DNA of 64,000 nucleotides from a virus: IMG/VR virus record IMGVR_UViG_3300023184_000083, positions 13,725 to 77,724 of that record; one strand, 5' to 3'. Shown piece by piece: positions 36,446 to 45,828 of this stretch (position 1 is its first letter; each line of letters starts with the position of its first letter). The notes under the pieces were generated by a model. It saw only the letters and a program-made list of their open reading frames with translations, ran no database searches and was not told where the DNA came from. The position numbers and the translations under genes were made by a program.

Positions 36446-36805
36446 ATGGGGAACTTTGAGTTAGCACCAGATAACGGTTCATGCAAGGGTCATCCAGTTG
36501 ATTGGTGGTTTCCAAACCTGTATGGACTCAATCGTGCAGACCTAATCAAAGCCCGTGCAAACATTAAAATGGCTATAGATATTTGCAATACTTGTGAATG
36601 TATTAAAGAGTGTCTTGAGTATTCACTGCGACACGAGCCTTGGGGTATTTGGGGTGGACTCAATGAAGAAGAACGTGCTCGCTTGCGCTCCAAGAAGAGC
36701 ATCTCGCTGTCCCGTGATGGCCGCATCAACTTCGCCGGCATAGGACTACGTAATGCAAATGGCAACTCAGTAAAGGATGCGTCTAATGGCAATAGCATCC
36801 CATAG
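36446..36805 (+). CDS. whiB: second WhiB-family transcription factor
   Basis: SCKG...WWFP...ICNTCECIKEC...GIWGG...ER. Confidence 0.9.
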   Translation: MGNFELAPDNGSCKGHPVDWWFPNLYGLNRADLIKARANIKMAIDICNTCECIKECLEYSLRHEPWGIWGGLNEEERARLRSKKSISLSRDGRINFAGIGLRNANGNSVKDASNGNSIP

Positions 36806-38531
36806 TCACACAGACGCCTTCTTGGCAAAACTAAATGGTGTTAAAGAGACCCCCAATGGATGGGAAGCCCGATGCCCATGTCGCAACGATGATGAAAACC
36901 CATCACTTGCTATCTCGGAAGATGACAGCAACGGCAATATTCTTGTTACTTGTCATCGTGGTAGTCCGTGTAACGCAAAAGAAATCTGCGAAGCGATGGG
37001 GACAACCATGGCTTCTCTGTTTCCCCCAAAGCAGGGCGAGAAAGAAAAGGACAAACTCACACTCGTTAAAGCGTACGACTACACAGACGTAGATGGAACT
37101 CTTCTCTTCCAAAAGTGCCGGTATGTCAATCAGGACAATAAGAAGAAGTTTCTCCAACGCCGACCAGTAGGTAACGGCAAGTGGGATTACAAACTAGAGG
37201 ACACTCCAAAGGTTCTTTACAACCTTCCAATGGTTGTCAAAGCCGTTAATGCCGGTCATCCAATATGGATTGTTGAAGGCGAGAAAGACTCAGACACTCT
37301 TACCGAGTTGGGGTACGTTGCAACCACTCCTCCTAATGGTGCTGGTAAGTGGTTACCAATACACACAAGCGTTCTCGCTGGAGCGACAGTAGACATCATT
37401 GCCGACAACGATGAGCCAGGTCGTGAACACGCACTAATGGTCGCACAGGAACTAATGAAGGTGAAGTGTGATGTTGCAGTGTGGGTGTCGCCTAAGTTTA
37501 AAGACATTACAGACCATCTTGCAGGTGGACTAACTTTCTCTGACTTAACAGCGCTTGATACGCCCGATGTAAAGGTTGAAGTGCATGATGAACCAGAAGC
37601 AGTCGGGGCCGAAGACACACCGGCAAATCAGTTCTCGGATGCAAAGTCAAAGATTGCAGAACTACTAACCCGTAGTGACCTGACTGCTGAACAAATAGTT
37701 CTCAAGTCATCCCAAATCATCACAAACATAAGCGCTGGTCGTCCTGTTGACTTCGGTCGTCTTGTTGTGTGGGAGGACTTCATTAGAGAAGTTGACAAAG
37801 ACACATACGAGTGGGTAATTGAAGGCTTGATTGAAAAAGGGGAACGTGTTATCGTTGTTGCTGCTGAGGGTGTTGGTAAGACGATGCTTGCACGACAAGT
37901 AGCAATCTGTTCTGCTGGTGGCATACATCCATTCACATATCAACGCATGAAGCCAGTGCGCACACTTACTGTTGACCTTGAAAACCCTGAACGAATCATC
38001 AGGAAAACATCTCGTAATATAATTGGTGAAGTAAAGCGACTTAACGGCAACGCACCCATCAATGCTCAAGTCCTGATTAAACCAAATGGTTTGAACCTAC
38101 TCACCTCAGCAGACAGGATGGTCTTAGAGAAGGCGATAGAGGAATCAAAGCCCGAGTTGCTGGTGATGGGTCCCCTCTACAAGTCTTTCGTAGACCCAGG
38201 TGGTCGTACATCGGAAGCGATTGCTGTAGAGGTAGCAAAGTATCTTGACGATATCCGTACCACCTATCAGTGCGCCCTGTGGTTAGAGCATCACGCTCCT
38301 CTTGGAACAACAATGTCTACCCGAGACCTTCGTCCGTTTGGTTCTGCTGTGTGGTCCCGTTGGCCAGAGTTCGGTATCTCTCTCACTCCAGACCCCTCTG
38401 CTGTGGGACAATATGTTTACGATGTTAAACACTTCAGAGGTGCACGTGATGAGCGTCAATGGCCTACTAAAATGAAGCGTGGTAGTAGGCTTCCGTTTGA
38501 AGTCTTGGAATTCATGAAAGTCTCCACATGA
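36786..38531 (+). CDS. primase-helicase (Zn finger + TOPRIM + RecA-type AAA_25 helicase)
   Basis: RCPC..D..PSL; VEGEKD, IADNDEPG, KDITD; AAEGVGKT, DLEN, EHH, FGS. Confidence 0.85.
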   Translation: MAIASHSHTDAFLAKLNGVKETPNGWEARCPCRNDDENPSLAISEDDSNGNILVTCHRGSPCNAKEICEAMGTTMASLFPPKQGEKEKDKLTLVKAYDYTDVDGTLLFQKCRYVNQDNKKKFLQRRPVGNGKWDYKLEDTPKVLYNLPMVVKAVNAGHPIWIVEGEKDSDTLTELGYVATTPPNGAGKWLPIHTSVLAGATVDIIADNDEPGREHALMVAQELMKVKCDVAVWVSPKFKDITDHLAGGLTFSDLTALDTPDVKVEVHDEPEAVGAEDTPANQFSDAKSKIAELLTRSDLTAEQIVLKSSQIITNISAGRPVDFGRLVVWEDFIREVDKDTYEWVIEGLIEKGERVIVVAAEGVGKTMLARQVAICSAGGIHPFTYQRMKPVRTLTVDLENPERIIRKTSRNIIGEVKRLNGNAPINAQVLIKPNGLNLLTSADRMVLEKAIEESKPELLVMGPLYKSFVDPGGRTSEAIAVEVAKYLDDIRTTYQCALWLEHHAPLGTTMSTRDLRPFGSAVWSRWPEFGISLTPDPSAVGQYVYDVKHFRGARDERQWPTKMKRGSRLPFEVLEFMKVST

Positions 38532-39142
38532 GCGATGATAGAAATAACAAGGCGGTGTCAAGGGAGTTCCTTGCAGAACGTGACCTTCGTATTTTCAAGA
38601 TGCGTCAGGCTGGTGTCTCAACTACTGAAATAGCAAGACGCTTTGGTATCACGTCAAGCGTGGTGAATAGGGCTGTACAGAGGCAGTTGTCTAGACTGAA
38701 CAGCGAAGCATTGTTGGCTTATCCCGAGGTGCTTCGTATGGAACTGGAGAGACTGGACAATCTACAGCAGGCTATTTGGCCCATGACTCAGCATCGCAAG
38801 GTGACTATGGACGACGGGACTGAAGTAGCGGTTGAACCAGACTTGAAGGCAATCCAACAGGTTTTGTCAATTATGGACAGGCGTTCCAAACTCTTGGGTA
38901 TGGAGCAGCAGACAGTGAATGTCAACATGGATGTTCGTGACATGAACCCAATCAAGGCAACTCTTGCTGGTGAAGCAAGCACGGCTAGGGCTCTTTCGGA
39001 CTTTGATGCCGAGGGAGAGGCTAGACAACTTCTTGAGATTATGGGCTCTTCTGGAGTGCTTCCTTCTGATACTGTGAGAGCAATCCTCGGACAAGGGGAA
39101 ATCGTAGATGCTGAAGTCGTGGAGACAGAACAAGATGAATGA
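38528..39142 (+). CDS. HTH protein, possible terminase small subunit
   Basis: R.AG.S..EIA..FG; ELERLD.L...W...D.KAI...L.IM.RR.KLLG pattern. Confidence 0.55.
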   Translation: MSDDRNNKAVSREFLAERDLRIFKMRQAGVSTTEIARRFGITSSVVNRAVQRQLSRLNSEALLAYPEVLRMELERLDNLQQAIWPMTQHRKVTMDDGTEVAVEPDLKAIQQVLSIMDRRSKLLGMEQQTVNVNMDVRDMNPIKATLAGEASTARALSDFDAEGEARQLLEIMGSSGVLPSDTVRAILGQGEIVDAEVVETEQDE

Positions 39143-39497
39143 AGAAAAAGAACTTAAGAATCTCGCAGACTCTATTATGTACCAGCCTCAGGACAACCTA
39201 AGGGCTGCCATGGACAAAGAAGTAGAAACAACTCTGAAAGACATGGCTGTATCAACGGCGCTATCCGATGGGGATGGACCCGCAGATAAGCAAGTTTTGA
39301 TTCGTGCTACAGAGACAGACAAAGAGAGATGGAAGCGTGCTGCTGAAGTAAAAGGGCTAACTATGTCTGACTTCATCAGGGGAGTGCTTAACGATGCTGC
39401 TGCAGGGACGCTTGACTGCAATCACCCAATCAATCAACGTCGTTACTACCCGTGGGCAGAGTTCTGCTTGGCGTGTGACGTACGTTTGCGTGGCTAA
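39135..39497 (+). CDS. ribbon-helix-helix protein + Zn site
   Basis: QVLIRATETDKERWKRAAEVKGLTMSDFIR; C.H...C..C. Confidence 0.65.
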   Translation: MNEEKELKNLADSIMYQPQDNLRAAMDKEVETTLKDMAVSTALSDGDGPADKQVLIRATETDKERWKRAAEVKGLTMSDFIRGVLNDAAAGTLDCNHPINQRRYYPWAEFCLACDVRLRG

Positions 39498-39499
39498 CA

Positions 39500-39673
39500 A
39501 TGTGGAAGCCCAAGAAGAAGGAAGATGACTCCTTCTCACCCGTAGATAGGTATCTCATCTGTAGAGAGTGTGAACACTTCTACGCACCAACTCGTCAGTG
39601 TAAAGAGTGTGGCTGCTTCTTAGCCCTAAAAGTTAAGTCAAAGTCTCAGTCATGCCCGATTGGTAAATGGTGA
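39500..39673 (+). CDS. small Cys-rich protein (57 aa, DUF6171-like)
   Basis: Hand-translated R..IC.EC......QC.ECGCF...K......CP.GKW. Confidence 0.65.
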   Translation: MWKPKKKEDDSFSPVDRYLICRECEHFYAPTRQCKECGCFLALKVKSKSQSCPIGKW

Positions 39674-39676
39674 GGC

Positions 39677-42600
39677 TCAAGAACCTCTGAGGTTTTTTCC
39701 CATTGTACGAGGCTTTCTCTTTGTAGATTCTTTATCGCTTCTACTACGCCCGATGACTGTTCTTTTATTCTTTTTTGCTTGCGAACGATTGCTAATACCG
39801 TTAATACCGGCGTCAGAATAACGGCGACTACCGTTACTAGTCTCTTGTGAACGTGCATACCTCTCACGGCTCCATCTCTTAATTGACCTATTGGTAGAGC
39901 GTAGTGTGCCACGGAAGCCTCCACCAGCATCCTTATACATCTTGATAAGTATCTGTTGTTTGCGCGCTGTCCACTCGCCGGCCTTGCCACCATCTTCACC
40001 TTTGAGAATGTTCTTTCTCATCTCTTTCCATAGTTCAGGAGAGTCTTGTTCTAGTGACTTCTGTTGTGGGGCGTTGTCTAAGAAACTCTTAGTAACAACA
40101 GCAACCCATGGGAGGGTCTTTGTATCAGGCTGTTTTATTGGTTTTCCTCTGACGTATCCTACGAACGAGGAGTGTGCCTTGCGTGTCTTCGTGATGTTGT
40201 TGTCTATGAGCGAATGTATATACGCAGTCGCTCTCGTTTTAGGGGGTTCTTGAAGTAGGGATTTGTTTTGAACAGGGCTATAAGTGTCAGGGTTATCCAG
40301 TTGTAGGATTTGCCTCATTGTTTCCACGTCTATGGTCATGTTGTCAGATGCTTTATGTATTTTTTCCAACAGTCTTAAAGCCTCTTTTGCTGTTGAGATT
40401 CCTCGCTTCTCATCAGCCTCTTCCCAAGTCCTAAGTTGCATTATCATGATTCTACGAAATAAATCAAAAGGAAGAGCGTCCTTATATTCAGGATTGTCTG
40501 CATAAATGTTTTGACTCGTATGAACCATTGCTAAAAAGTTTGCCCACTCTCCGTGTCTGTCAAACCCACGACCCGTTCCAAGATGACCAATAATGTCATG
40601 CATGACCTGTATATAGGAACCCTGGTCTTGCTCCTGAATCATCATCGCATCGGATGGAACCCTTAAGAACCTCTCGTACAGGGTGTCAAATGAGTCCATA
40701 GAGCCTCCTGGGGTGTACTCTGCGCCAAGAGATTCACGCAAGTTGTTATATGCGCTACGAGAGATTAATAAGGAATCAGCGGCGTCACTTAGTTTTTCTC
40801 CGAATGTTTCGGAATAATCCGTGTATCCCAGTCCGGGTGTTGGCTCTCTCAAGTTGTCTAGAATGGATTGATACATTCTGATTCTTGCTTCAGAAGATGG
40901 AATTCTCACATGAGAGAAGTCTCCATCAAAGCCAATAATCTTTTGAAATTCTGGAACCGGTGGAGCAATCATGGTGAATATGCCATCCGGTGATGGCTCT
41001 ATGCGAATCTGGTTAACAAGTTCTCTTATTCTTTCTTCTGTCCACATGCCTTGTGGTGTTACGTTTCTATTGCGCATGCGACTGAATAGTTCAGGGTCTC
41101 CGCCTGCCAACTTAAATATGACTTCAGGTATTTTTTCGGGAGCCAAATCATACAGAGATGGGTCTTTTACTAGAGCGTCAATTACTTCTATTGCTGCTTG
41201 TTGAGAGGCAAGACCATGCGTGTGTATGGCGTCCTGTTTAGCAACTGCTTGTACGTCTGTCCTAGTTGCACCATTTAATGGTTTACCTGAACGCAATCCA
41301 CTAATTGGTGAACCATCATTGTTAAGTACCTGTGTTCTGTCGGAGTCGTCAAGCATGTCAATGACAGTTTGAATGTCACCCGTGTATCCATAAATCCAGT
41401 TGTTCCACTGTCCTCCATCCATGTCTTCATCGTATTTATCACCGAAACCAGTGCCATAAGTTTGTTCAATACGTGACATCGCAAATCTAGTAAGCACGCT
41501 TCTCTTAACGGCTTCTTTTTCGTCAGGGGTGAAGTCGTCAAATATTGGATTATCAAGCATTGTAATTACTGCTAATGGGTTAGCCCATTCGCCATGTCTA
41601 TCAAACCCTCTACCAATACCCGCATGACCAAAAGCATCATGTACGCCTGATTCCACACTGCCGGAACCATCAGCGAAGGAACTTCTGATAGGGTTAGACA
41701 AGCCTGATAGGTAGAGACTCAACCAACCAGAGCCCACCGAATCACCGATATCTTCTTTTGGTGCACCTTCTGTTAGTGATTCAACTAGTCCTATTAATCT
41801 GTTGCTGAATCTTTCTTCTAGGCGCTCATAGTTTCTGCCGAAGAGACTCTGCCTAGTATCCTCATCATTAAAAATTGCTTCGGATTGGTTTTCTTTTATG
41901 TGTTTTGCTGCTGCTTTGACTGTCGCACGCTTAGGTACCCGTACCTTAGACCAGTCTCGTTTGTCTGGAATGAATTGAAACATGAGTGGGTTCGGGTCCG
42001 CCATCATCATTGGGATGCCATCATCATCAACTTCAACACGAATGGAATCCAATAGACGCTTCTTGAATTGTTCTATTGCTGAATGTATTGGTCTCTTTGC
42101 TAGTTCTCCACTAGTCACTTCATCCATACGTTGAGTAAGTTCGTCCTCTGCTATGGATACTTCTTTATCTGATAGTTCTAATTCTTTTGATATCTGACCA
42201 AAGTCTTTACCCATGATGGTTGCTGAACGAGAGGCAAGACCACTTACGTTGCGTTCCCATGGTTTATCAGGAGTGCCACCGGTACTGGTGTGTTTGCCTC
42301 TGGTCTCACCCGTGACTGTTATGCCTGACAAACGAGCAAGAGTGCTCCTAAAAGCGTCACTAACAAGCATGTTGTTTACGTTTGCGTGAGGTGAAGTAAC
42401 AGCAGCAAAGCCTTCTGCAAATGTCTCCTGTGGGTCTGACAATGCATAACCCGAAAAGACAACTGGATAACCTTGACCAGCAAGGTCAAAGAAATGAAAC
42501 GGGTCAAAGTGTTTGTTTTCTACTAACCTGCCTCTTGTCACGCTGTCATACATGGAAGAAATAGGCTTACTTACTAATGGGTCACCAAGAGCCCACCCTT

Positions 42601-44641
42601 TTTTGGCATTAAACAGGTCTCTTAATTCTGCCTTGTTTGCCAGTATCTGACTTTCTGTCATTCCTAGTGTTTGTAATTGTGTCCTTGCAGAGCGTCTTGT
42701 TAGTTTCCAGTAAAGGAAGTGCCCGTACTCATGTCTAAGAGTAGATGACATGTCTCCTTGTACACCCCATGGAAGGTTTAGTTCTTCGTCTGCATTTTGA
42801 AAAACCTTCCATAACGTTATCTCTCCTGGTTTTGAATCAGGCTTGTACTTTTTTAAATAATCTCTTAGTTCAAGGTTGAACGTTATGCCGCTTGTTAGTT
42901 CCTCACCTAATGGACGAAACCATGCGCCCGCTTGGCTCTCACCAGGGGCTCCACCTATAGTGCCAGTAACATTACCTCTAAGCCTTGCTTCACTTGCTGA
43001 CTTACTAGTGGTAACAGTAATCGGAGGCAAACCAAACGTGCGTACATACCATGCGAATGCTGGGTCCTTCAGTGCTTCTCTTACTATGTCCTGTGCTTCT
43101 TTGATTCCTTCTGGTGAAAAGTCAATACCATCTGCTTGTAGTAGTGTCAGGGTGTGAGGTAGCATTGCCTGTGATTCCATGTGCTGTTCAGCCCGTGAGA
43201 GTTTATTCCAGTCCTCACCTATTGCTAACTGTGCAATGTATGTTGCCCAATCCATTGCGGAACGAACTACTACCAACTCTGCTATCTCATCATCAGAGGC
43301 ATCTTTAAGCCAGTCTGGTGAGGTGGGTGCAATACCTATGTTGGTATGGCGTGTTTCGTATGGGTTGTTAGGGTCGCTTAGGTTGGGTGTCAGAAAGAAT
43401 GATGGCATCTGTACATTGCCACCCGTGGGTGTTGTTGGCTTCTGTGATGAGCGTAGTCCTATCGCATTGCGCTCCTCCGCTCTCTTGCGTGGGGTGACAG
43501 TGCGTATGGGGTGTCCTAGTACCTCTTGGATATGCGCTTTGAGTACAGGGTTCAGTAGGTTGTGTATGTCCTCGTCATCACTAAGGTATGCACTTACACC
43601 TTCTGCGAACATCTCTGATGGGTTGGTCTGACCGTACTGTGTACCTACAAAGGGTGCACCATCAGGCATGTCCTTGTTGTTCTCAATGGCATCTACTAAG
43701 TCTTTCCATTGACCACTGAGTCTCTTGAGTTCTTCATCATCTATGCCTAGTGTGTTCATTAGGAATTCAGTGGACTCCCAATCATCTAGTGCATAGTAAG
43801 AAGCGAGTGCCATCTGACGGCTACCTAGTGGTGCTGTCTCTAAGGCAATGTCATTGAGGTAGTGACCAAACTCATGACGGAAGTAATCAGATACCTCTAC
43901 ACCTGCCAATTGTTTCTTAGTACCTTTGGCACCAAAGCCATTGACAAAGAACTTACTTGTGTTCATTCTCTTCTTGATGTTCTGTATTGCACCAGTAGAG
44001 AATGTATTGGGATTGAATGACATCCAGTTATGTTCATACTCATAGGCAGCACCTACTAGGCGTGTCATGGCACCTTTCTTAAACATCACGACAGGTGGCA
44101 TACCGAAGCGACCTACCTCATCATGGAATGATGGGCTATCAGTGAGTGCCTTCTCTAGTGCTACCCGTAGCACCTTTACGGCTTGAGGTGAGAAGTCAAA
44201 GGGTTCAGTGCTACCTAAGTTGTCTAAGAGGTCCTTTGAGAAGGACTCTAGGTACTGTGCATTGGTGAGGTCATCACGCCTCTTGTGCTGTAGTAGTTGC
44301 TCTACGAACCTCTGTGGTGAGTCAGGTACTGCCTTCTCTGCTACCTCTTTAGGTGTCAGGTTGGCATAGCCTCTACCCGAATAGTCACCCGTGACGCTCC
44401 TGAGACCATAGGGGATGCCGACATTGAGAGGTACTGATGGTCTCTCAAACTCGGATGCGTCTTGGACTAGACCATCACCATCACCATCAAAGGCCTTGGG
44501 GTCAAACCTTTCCTTTGCTATGCGCATACCGAGTCCCTTGACCTCTTGACCATCAAGGGTCTTGACCTCTAAGGGTGACTCTTTGCGTCGTCTTAGAGAG
44601 CGAGCAGAGTCATCAGGGTTGATGTGGAAAGTGAATGGCAT
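39677..44641 (-). CDS. 1654-aa polyvalent-type virion protein: tag + 2 HExxH zincins + 2 HDxxGH modules + basic C-terminal domain
   Basis: HEFGH/EMFAE and HEYGH/ETFAE; HDxxGH.G.GRGFDRHGEWAN twice; GG.AGEW.ARK.Q....YK..GGG (DUF5872-like). Confidence 0.8.
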   Translation of the reverse strand: MPFTFHINPDDSARSLRRRKESPLEVKTLDGQEVKGLGMRIAKERFDPKAFDGDGDGLVQDASEFERPSVPLNVGIPYGLRSVTGDYSGRGYANLTPKEVAEKAVPDSPQRFVEQLLQHKRRDDLTNAQYLESFSKDLLDNLGSTEPFDFSPQAVKVLRVALEKALTDSPSFHDEVGRFGMPPVVMFKKGAMTRLVGAAYEYEHNWMSFNPNTFSTGAIQNIKKRMNTSKFFVNGFGAKGTKKQLAGVEVSDYFRHEFGHYLNDIALETAPLGSRQMALASYYALDDWESTEFLMNTLGIDDEELKRLSGQWKDLVDAIENNKDMPDGAPFVGTQYGQTNPSEMFAEGVSAYLSDDEDIHNLLNPVLKAHIQEVLGHPIRTVTPRKRAEERNAIGLRSSQKPTTPTGGNVQMPSFFLTPNLSDPNNPYETRHTNIGIAPTSPDWLKDASDDEIAELVVVRSAMDWATYIAQLAIGEDWNKLSRAEQHMESQAMLPHTLTLLQADGIDFSPEGIKEAQDIVREALKDPAFAWYVRTFGLPPITVTTSKSASEARLRGNVTGTIGGAPGESQAGAWFRPLGEELTSGITFNLELRDYLKKYKPDSKPGEITLWKVFQNADEELNLPWGVQGDMSSTLRHEYGHFLYWKLTRRSARTQLQTLGMTESQILANKAELRDLFNAKKGWALGDPLVSKPISSMYDSVTRGRLVENKHFDPFHFFDLAGQGYPVVFSGYALSDPQETFAEGFAAVTSPHANVNNMLVSDAFRSTLARLSGITVTGETRGKHTSTGGTPDKPWERNVSGLASRSATIMGKDFGQISKELELSDKEVSIAEDELTQRMDEVTSGELAKRPIHSAIEQFKKRLLDSIRVEVDDDGIPMMMADPNPLMFQFIPDKRDWSKVRVPKRATVKAAAKHIKENQSEAIFNDEDTRQSLFGRNYERLEERFSNRLIGLVESLTEGAPKEDIGDSVGSGWLSLYLSGLSNPIRSSFADGSGSVESGVHDAFGHAGIGRGFDRHGEWANPLAVITMLDNPIFDDFTPDEKEAVKRSVLTRFAMSRIEQTYGTGFGDKYDEDMDGGQWNNWIYGYTGDIQTVIDMLDDSDRTQVLNNDGSPISGLRSGKPLNGATRTDVQAVAKQDAIHTHGLASQQAAIEVIDALVKDPSLYDLAPEKIPEVIFKLAGGDPELFSRMRNRNVTPQGMWTEERIRELVNQIRIEPSPDGIFTMIAPPVPEFQKIIGFDGDFSHVRIPSSEARIRMYQSILDNLREPTPGLGYTDYSETFGEKLSDAADSLLISRSAYNNLRESLGAEYTPGGSMDSFDTLYERFLRVPSDAMMIQEQDQGSYIQVMHDIIGHLGTGRGFDRHGEWANFLAMVHTSQNIYADNPEYKDALPFDLFRRIMIMQLRTWEEADEKRGISTAKEALRLLEKIHKASDNMTIDVETMRQILQLDNPDTYSPVQNKSLLQEPPKTRATAYIHSLIDNNITKTRKAHSSFVGYVRGKPIKQPDTKTLPWVAVVTKSFLDNAPQQKSLEQDSPELWKEMRKNILKGEDGGKAGEWTARKQQILIKMYKDAGGGFRGTLRSTNRSIKRWSRERYARSQETSNGSRRYSDAGINGISNRSQAKKNKRTVIGRSRSDKESTKRKPRTMGKNLRGS

Positions 44642-44841
44642 GATAACTATTGTAAGTGAAGGGTGATGTGTGATGAGACACTATCGCATTGGCATTCATT
44701 GAGTGAGACACTAAGGTCATCATGAGGTGGCATTAGGGGTCATGAGAGAGCCTCTGAGAGCCTCTAAGAGGACATGGGTCATGATGTGGTCTCTCTATGG
44801 GGTGCTGTCAAGGGGTGCCCTATGAGGCGAGGGGTAGGCAT

Positions 44842-44893
44842 GCCTAACAGAACAGGTGTTCGTGATAGGTCAGCCTAACAGAACAGGTGTTCG
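44842..44893. repeat. 21-bp direct repeat containing LexA-type boxes, interleaved with IdeR-like boxes
   Basis: GCCTAACAGAACAGGTGTTCG at 44842 and 44873; GAAC-N4-GTTC core; ATAGGTCAGCCTAACAGAA at 44865 is 15/19 to TWAGGTWAGSCTWACCTWA. Confidence 0.7.
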
Positions 44894-44896
44894 GCC

Positions 44897-44985
44897 TGTG
44901 GATAAAGGGTGTGGATAACCACTAAAAGTGGTCAAAAGGGGTCAAAAACCACTATCCATAGTCATTTCTCGGGGCTTTTTCCACA
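44897..44985. promoter_or_regulatory. DnaA-box cluster with phased A-tracts
   Basis: TGTGGATAA at 44897 and 44910; TTTTCCACA at 44977; A-tracts at 44924/44934/44944. Confidence 0.65.
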
Positions 44986-45071
44986 GGGGTCTCAGGGCTG
45001 TGGGGAGCAACATACTAATAAATGAAGTTTCCCCACTCTTCAAATAGATTTATCCAACCCCTTCGTATGCG

Positions 45072-45554
45072 TTACCAGTTCGTCGTCAACTGCGACCGGT
45101 GGAGGAGTCGTGTCGTGTCTGGTGCGTAATGTGCTGGTTGTGCCAAGTCCCAAGCGGCGTCGTAGTTTATCCATCCCCAGATGTCTACTGTCGTGAACTC
45201 GGGCGGTTCTGGTTGTGCGGCGAATAGTACTAACCCTTTACCTAGTTGGTGTTTGCGTACTGCGACTGTTTCCCCCTTGCGGATTCGGCGGACTTCTATA
45301 TTGCTGCCTACATCAGGGACGTCTTTGTACTTCTTATGGTCCTCTTTAGGCCATACATGGCCACTCCAAAAGCGGTTTGTCGCTTTCGCTACGGCTAATT
45401 CGCAGATTGCTGCTGCAACAGTTGCGGTTCGGTCGTCTTCCATTAGTTCTTTTTTGTAGTGAGGCGCGTCTTGTTTTCCCCAGTTGGCTGCAAAGCGGGC
45501 AATACCTACATGTGATGCGTGCACATATTCCCAGGGCTCTAGATTAATAATCAC
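45072..45554 (-). CDS. hypothetical protein, possible restriction-endonuclease-like fold
   Basis: ELAVAK...PDVG.NIEVR. Confidence 0.55.
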   Translation of the reverse strand: MIINLEPWEYVHASHVGIARFAANWGKQDAPHYKKELMEDDRTATVAAAICELAVAKATNRFWSGHVWPKEDHKKYKDVPDVGSNIEVRRIRKGETVAVRKHQLGKGLVLFAAQPEPPEFTTVDIWGWINYDAAWDLAQPAHYAPDTTRLLHRSQLTTNW

Positions 45555-45828
45555 GTCTTTGCTTTCTAGTTAGATTTAACTAATTGGTTGTTGCGATTGT
45601 CGTTATTCGCTACTAGCGTATCGGTACGAGGTGTAAATACACAAATAGTCGTCCTGTTGTGCAGATAGATTTATCTAAACTTCATGGATATCGGGAACCC
45701 GAAAGGTTAAGCAATGTCTCTAAGCACGTTATATTTAATCTCACTATTGTCAGTAACGGGAATGTGCATTGCTGTACTTGCGGTTGCCTATATGGCGCTT
45801 ACACAAAGTAATTAATTAAGGAATACAA

